Below are positions 59,481 through 64,000 of a DNA stretch of 64,000 bases, piece by piece. The number at the start of each line of letters is the position of its first letter. Position 1 is the stretch's first letter. The notes under the pieces were generated by a model. The model did no database searches, was not told the origin of the DNA, and worked only from the letters and a program-made list of their open reading frames with translations. Made by a program: the position numbers and the translations under genes. The DNA comes from a virus: positions 18,883 to 82,882 of the IMG/VR virus record IMGVR_UViG_3300019360_000008, one strand, 5' to 3'.

Positions 59481-60056
59481 ATGAGCACAAAACGTAGAAT
59501 CTTCCTCGACCTCGACGGCGTAATCGTGAACTGTAACAAGTCAGCCGCACGAGTATATGGGGTGGCGTACCCTGAGACTGGTGTCTTGGGTTTCGACTGG
59601 GTAACCGGAGCTTACAATGCTCTGCACCCCGACGCCCCGGTCTCCAGCGGCGACTTTAGCCGCATTGTCGCTAAGGATCCGACCTTTTGGTCAACGACCG
59701 AATGGTTCCCCTGGGCAGATCAGCTTGTCGGATTTCTCGAAGACGGCTTCCCGGGTCAATGGAATTTTTTGAGTCATTGCACCAGTTACCCTGAGTGCGC
59801 CTCTGGCAAGTTTAAGCTCCTGCTGGACAAGTTTGGCCAGAATGTTGCTAAACGAGCCATTTTCAGCTTCGGCCCCAAATGGGTGGTCTGCAAGCCGGAC
59901 GACATCCTGATAGATGATCGGGAGCGTAATTGTGATGAATGGGAAGCCGCCGGAGGCTTAGCCTACCAGTGGCGTGAGATCGGGGACCGTCACCCCGAGG
60001 CCCAGATGCAACTTCAAGAATGCCTGCGATTCCTGCAGGACCATAACAATGTCTGA
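59481..60056 (+). CDS. HAD-family 5'(3')-deoxyribonucleotidase-like protein
   Basis: IFLDLDGV motif I, GK, ILIDD..N...W..AGG. Confidence 0.85.
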   Translation: MSTKRRIFLDLDGVIVNCNKSAARVYGVAYPETGVLGFDWVTGAYNALHPDAPVSSGDFSRIVAKDPTFWSTTEWFPWADQLVGFLEDGFPGQWNFLSHCTSYPECASGKFKLLLDKFGQNVAKRAIFSFGPKWVVCKPDDILIDDRERNCDEWEAAGGLAYQWREIGDRHPEAQMQLQECLRFLQDHNNV

Positions 60057-60483
60057 ACCCCTATCACTCTCCGCAGCCTTCCAGGGCGTAGTTGACCGCA
60101 TCAACGCCCTGGATACCCAGGAGCAAGCCGCCGGAGGCTTGGCCTACCAGGGGATTCTTCGGGAAGCCAACCAGATCAACGCCGAGATGCTCGGGATCGT
60201 CGAGCGGCTCGCTATGGCGGTATCGACCGTCAACGCGACAGCCAAGCAGGTGATCCGGGGGATCGGACAGCTAAAAGGAAGTCCCGAGGGCGATCGCCGT
60301 GCGACCGCCTTGGCTACCGCTATCGACTTGTTCGGTATGTCCAATGAGGCTTTCGCCGACGAGATCGCGTTCTCCGAGCGCATCAATCAGCTGGTCAGCC
60401 AGAAGATCCTGGTCGACGCCGGAGTCAATCCAGAAGACCCGGAGGCGGTCAAACGGTTCGTTGAAACCAACTTGAATAGATGA
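60049..60483 (+). CDS. hypothetical helical protein
   Basis: 144 aa ORF overlapping the nucleotidase end. Confidence 0.6.
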   Translation: MSEPLSLSAAFQGVVDRINALDTQEQAAGGLAYQGILREANQINAEMLGIVERLAMAVSTVNATAKQVIRGIGQLKGSPEGDRRATALATAIDLFGMSNEAFADEIAFSERINQLVSQKILVDAGVNPEDPEAVKRFVETNLNR

Positions 60484-60534
60484 ATACCTTGCTCGCCGCC
60501 ATCGGCGAACCACTCACTAAGGACCAGGCTGCCA

Positions 60535-60732
60535 ATGGCCACTAAACGCCGTCCTTCCAGGCTCCAGCAGATCCGTCAAGCTCTCGCTGACTACATGCAG
60601 GCTGAAGGTTGCAGCTGTTGCCGGAACCACGAAGCGCATGCGGCCAGTAAGGCCATATTGGCCAAGCTGCTCAAGGTACCTGGGTACCGTGACGGCTTTG
60701 GCTATAACTTCAACAAGTTCAAATCCAAATGA
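60535..60732 (+). CDS. hypothetical protein
   Basis: ADYM..EGCSCC pattern; 65 aa. Confidence 0.6.
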   Translation: MATKRRPSRLQQIRQALADYMQAEGCSCCRNHEAHAASKAILAKLLKVPGYRDGFGYNFNKFKSK

Positions 60733-60920
60733 CTAGCTTTATCCTCGTCTGTCTCGCCCTCATCTACTGTGTCGTTGTAGCCGGCATGATCTCTCCCAGC
60801 TTTCCATCCGCGGAGATCTCAAGAAACTTGAGGCACCGGTCGGCAACCGCCGCGTGGATCTTCAACGTGGCGTTCGGCGTCGTGATCCTGATCCTCATCA
60901 TCGCCCTATTCTTCCTGTGA
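60729..60920 (+). CDS. two-TM small membrane protein
   Basis: Two hydrophobic helices; ATGA overlap. Confidence 0.55.
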   Translation: MTSFILVCLALIYCVVVAGMISPSFPSAEISRNLRHRSATAAWIFNVAFGVVILILIIALFFL

Positions 60921-61123
60921 AAGCCGACATCAAGCTCTCCGACAACCTCACCGGGTTGCTGCTGTTCGTGTTCGTCATCAGCTGGATCACCCTGATCTCG
61001 ATCCTATACGACGGCACACCTGACCTGTACGACGTGCTGCTCAACAGGATCTCTGATGGGCAGGTTGAGATCCCGGCATCCAAGGGCAGCAACTCCACGG
61101 TACCCGAATTCAAGTGCAAATGA
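60917..61123 (+). CDS. single-TM small membrane protein
   Basis: GTGA overlap; hydrophobic helix then YDGTPDL.D. Confidence 0.5.
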   Translation: MKADIKLSDNLTGLLLFVFVISWITLISILYDGTPDLYDVLLNRISDGQVEIPASKGSNSTVPEFKCK

Positions 61124-61142
61124 GCCAGAGATATAGCTTAGT

Positions 61143-62003
61143 ATGAACAAATACAAATTTACCAAAAATACCAGATCGCTGCCAAATGGTACAAAATTGT
61201 ACCAGATCAAGAGACTGTCGGACGGGATGTTGGGAGGGTGGGTTCAGTCCGAGAAAAATCTTTCCCAGGAGGGGAGTTGCTGGATTGCCGAAGATGCCAA
61301 AGTCTTCGAAGACGCCCGCGTCTTCGGCAATGCTCATGTCTACGGCTATGCTAGCATTTATGGTAATGTCCACATCTGCGGACATGCTCGCATCTTCGGC
61401 GAAACCATCATATCAGGTAGTGTCATCATTACTGAAAATGCCCAAATATACGGTAACGCTCGAGTGTACGGTGATGCCGTTGTCAACGGTAACGCCCGAG
61501 TGTACGGTGATGCCGTTGTCGGCGATAACGCCCGATTGCACGATGATGCCAGTGTCTACGACAATGCCGTAATCCGAGACAACGCTAAAGTTGGCGGTTC
61601 CGCCCGGATCTTCGGTAATGCCAAACTCTATGATCATGCCAACGTTCGCGGTACCTCAGAAATATGCGGCGACGCCTGTATCTTAGCTTGCGTTAATTCA
61701 GGAAATTGGGCGCGCAGCCCAATCGTCATACGTGGCATTAAACACTCGCTGGTCGAATCAGGCCCGGGCCTTATTAGCATCGGATGCGAGACACGCTCTT
61801 TTAAGGACTGGCTACGTAACTACCGGTCTATCGGAAGGGCCAATGGGTATTCTCATGAGGAGATTAAGTTATACGGCAAGTGGATCAAGACAGTCGTCGA
61901 TTACGCGAATGGGTATTCTCGTAAGGAGATTAAGTCATACAGCAAGTTGATCAAGGCAGTCGTCGATTACGCGAAGAGATTGGGCCAGTTCAATACCAAG
62001 TAA
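61143..62003 (+). CDS. left-handed beta-helix (hexapeptide-repeat) phage protein
   Basis: LGGWVQSEKNLSQEG.CW followed by many (V/I)YGNAR-type 6-aa repeats; ISIGCE C-terminal domain. Confidence 0.8.
   Translation: MNKYKFTKNTRSLPNGTKLYQIKRLSDGMLGGWVQSEKNLSQEGSCWIAEDAKVFEDARVFGNAHVYGYASIYGNVHICGHARIFGETIISGSVIITENAQIYGNARVYGDAVVNGNARVYGDAVVGDNARLHDDASVYDNAVIRDNAKVGGSARIFGNAKLYDHANVRGTSEICGDACILACVNSGNWARSPIVIRGIKHSLVESGPGLISIGCETRSFKDWLRNYRSIGRANGYSHEEIKLYGKWIKTVVDYANGYSRKEIKSYSKLIKAVVDYAKRLGQFNTK
61842..61975. repeat. 66-bp in-frame tandem duplication
   Basis: NGYSHEEIKLYGKWIKTVVDYA / NGYSRKEIKSYSKLIKAVVDYA. Confidence 0.85.
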
Positions 62004-62014
62004 ACCAATAAGAA

Positions 62015-62584
62015 ATGAACCAGGTGCTTAGACTCAAGCGGTGGCTTGAACGTCATGAATGCCAGGATGTCCGCCCCGTAAAGGTGACCTTCGGCACGCC
62101 CCGCAAGAGCGTCACGGAGGTCTTCGAGGGCTGTGTCTACCGACGCGTCCTTACCTACAAGGCTGGCATGATGGCAGTGACGCACGGCGAAGCCAAGGTG
62201 GGCGACACCTACACGGAGTGCTCGTGCTACCTGCTGGGCGAACGGCCCGCAGCCAAGCAGCCGAAGAAGAACAGGCGTCACGACAAGACCTGCTTCCACC
62301 ACGTCAGCGGCGTAGACTGGTACGTGGCCTGCTACATTGAAGCTGCAGCCATCACGCCCCGGATCTCCGCGTCCCATCCGTTCGGCCCCTCATTCATCAT
62401 TACGCCCTGGACGCATGTGGACAAGATCGATGCCGGGGAGTTCAAACGCCGTCGTCACGTCCCATACAGCCGGTTCCCCATCGGGTTCGACATCGACATG
62501 ACGGAATACGAACAGGCCGAGAACTATGCGCAAACGAACCATCCCCAAACAGCACCAAACCAAAGTCGCCTTGCAGACGCTTAG
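62015..62584 (+). CDS. hypothetical protein
   Basis: 189 aa ORF. Confidence 0.55.
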   Translation: MNQVLRLKRWLERHECQDVRPVKVTFGTPRKSVTEVFEGCVYRRVLTYKAGMMAVTHGEAKVGDTYTECSCYLLGERPAAKQPKKNRRHDKTCFHHVSGVDWYVACYIEAAAITPRISASHPFGPSFIITPWTHVDKIDAGEFKRRRHVPYSRFPIGFDIDMTEYEQAENYAQTNHPQTAPNQSRLADA

Positions 62585-62792
62585 GCTCAATCCAGCAATG
62601 GTGGGCGTGATGGGCGGAATGACGGTCGATGAAGCGGTAAAGCACCTACTGAGCGTCGGATACACCGAGGCCCAAGTAAGAAAGCTGTCCGGCAAGGAAG
62701 AACAGACCGAGCCACACCCCTCTGGACTCTCAGGCGAACACAGCGTTGTACTCGATGCGATCCAGGCATGTTGCCTTGGAGGCGGCGATTAA
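62526..62792 (+). CDS. hypothetical protein
   Basis: 88 aa; TLR.N..M..VMGGMT..EA pattern. Confidence 0.5.
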   Translation: MRKRTIPKQHQTKVALQTLRLNPAMVGVMGGMTVDEAVKHLLSVGYTEAQVRKLSGKEEQTEPHPSGLSGEHSVVLDAIQACCLGGGD

Positions 62793-62833
62793 CCACGTCC
62801 AACCTACCCGAAGAGATAAGAGCAAAACACATG

Positions 62834-62888
62834 AGCGTGGAGCTACCGTCGGGCTGAAAGGCTCGTGCGCGGCCCCGCGCTTTTTCTT
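62834..62888 (+). terminator. long hairpin with GAAA tetraloop and T tail
   Basis: AGCGTGGAGCT...CGGGCT-GAAA-GGCTCG...GGCCCCGCGCT followed by TTTT. Confidence 0.5.
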
Positions 62889-62909
62889 CAACCCACAATT
62901 AACCGCATT

Positions 62910-63332
62910 ATGGCCGATTACTTCACCTACTTCAGCATCATCTTCACTCTGCCAAATCCCGAGGCCCAGAGTTATGCGCTGCAACTCGCCAAGCAGGCCG
63001 GCTGTATCCGGCAGGGCGACGAAGCGCCCGGCGACTTTCCGAAGGAACTCGCGGCCGTCATTGAAAACTGGTCGTTCGAGACGGAGGCCGACATCTACGG
63101 GGACCGGCCGGCCATCTGGCTGCATTCCAGCTACGGCGGCATGGATGCCGTCTGCGCCTTCCTCCAACACCTGCTCCTGCGATTCGATCCGCAAGGCCGG
63201 GTCACGTTCGAGTGGTCGCACGACTGTTCCAAACCGCGCACCGATGTCTATGGCGGCGGCGCAGCCATCGTCACCGCCACTGAAATCAAAACCATGAGCA
63301 CATGCCAATGGTTGAACCAACACACCGCGTGA
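62910..63332 (+). CDS. hypothetical protein (MADYFT..S...CSKPR..YGGG family)
   Basis: Motif pattern seen in phage/plasmid small proteins. Confidence 0.65.
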   Translation: MADYFTYFSIIFTLPNPEAQSYALQLAKQAGCIRQGDEAPGDFPKELAAVIENWSFETEADIYGDRPAIWLHSSYGGMDAVCAFLQHLLLRFDPQGRVTFEWSHDCSKPRTDVYGGGAAIVTATEIKTMSTCQWLNQHTA

Positions 63333-63357
63333 GTTCCCATCTCAATTCAAGATCACT

Positions 63358-63606
63358 ATGCCAAAATATGTTTGTTCGTATGCCCACGACATCGGTTGTT
63401 TCGCCGACTTTGTCGTGACGGCCAAGAATGAGAATGCCGCCTTGCGCCTCATCAAAAAGGCGCTGCGCGAAGGAGCGTTCCAGGACGTGAATGCCGAGCC
63501 GTGCTGGGAGAACGGTTCCACCAACGAACGAGTGCTTGTCCTGGGTCCGGCCTCCGAGTACTCGACCAACGTTACCCTCGAAGAGTTGACCGACTCGGCC
63601 GATTAG
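63358..63606 (+). CDS. hypothetical protein
   Basis: 82 aa ORF. Confidence 0.6.
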   Translation: MPKYVCSYAHDIGCFADFVVTAKNENAALRLIKKALREGAFQDVNAEPCWENGSTNERVLVLGPASEYSTNVTLEELTDSAD

Positions 63607-63677
63607 TCCGGAAAGCAAACAGGCTGGCGAGGTAGCTGACCAACGCACACATCTACCAGATCATCAAATACGTCATT

Positions 63678-63998
63678 ATGAAAACTGAAGTCTACGTGCT
63701 GGCCATCCACAACCCCATATCGGGCAAGATAACCGTCACCGCCCGGGCAACCCGGGCCGAGGTATGCCAGCTTCTCCTCGACAACACCGGAGTTGAGTTC
63801 TGGCACGGAGAGTCTCGCGACAAGGCTGCGAAAGCCGTGAAGGACAATCAGCTCGACGTATTTGAGGTCCTGGCCGGCAACCACCTGATGCTTGGCTTCG
63901 AGATCACAAAGGTGCCGCTCGAAGTCACTGATCCGCTCGTGTCCAAGCTGCGTGCCGAGATCAAGGAGCTGAAGCGCAAACGCAAGAGCCGCCGATGA
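63678..63998 (+). CDS. hypothetical protein
   Basis: 106 aa with basic C-terminus. Confidence 0.55.
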   Translation: MKTEVYVLAIHNPISGKITVTARATRAEVCQLLLDNTGVEFWHGESRDKAAKAVKDNQLDVFEVLAGNHLMLGFEITKVPLEVTDPLVSKLRAEIKELKRKRKSRR

Positions 63999-64000
63999 AC

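Overview
This is a 64 kb, GC-rich, gene-dense segment of a large tailed dsDNA phage (jumbo-phage-like organisation). No host housekeeping operons, rRNA or CRISPR array are visible. Virion and packaging genes are dispersed: a Gly-rich repeat tail/fibre protein running in from the left edge, a terminase large subunit split by a LAGLIDADG intein, a probable portal about 34 kb away, and K-x-A-rich, glycine-zipper putative head/ejection proteins. A near-complete replication/recombination set is present: RNase H, NAD-dependent ligase, SbcD/SbcC, a UvsW-like SF2 helicase, a DnaB-like helicase, primase, a UDG-PolA fusion, a probable SSB, RecA and RecQ. Small accessory genes fill the rest. The most notable signals are: (1) a stand-alone RAMP (Cas7/Csm3-fold-like) gene sharing a promoter with the SF2 helicase and followed by an aberrant tRNA-like element, with no CRISPR array in view; (2) a thymidylate-synthase homologue lacking essentially all catalytic residues; (3) a recurrent K-x-A motif in putative virion proteins; (4) two promoter-driven hairpin ncRNA candidates; (5) near-leaderless sigma70-type promoters. 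All calls are by eye from motifs; no database searches were run.
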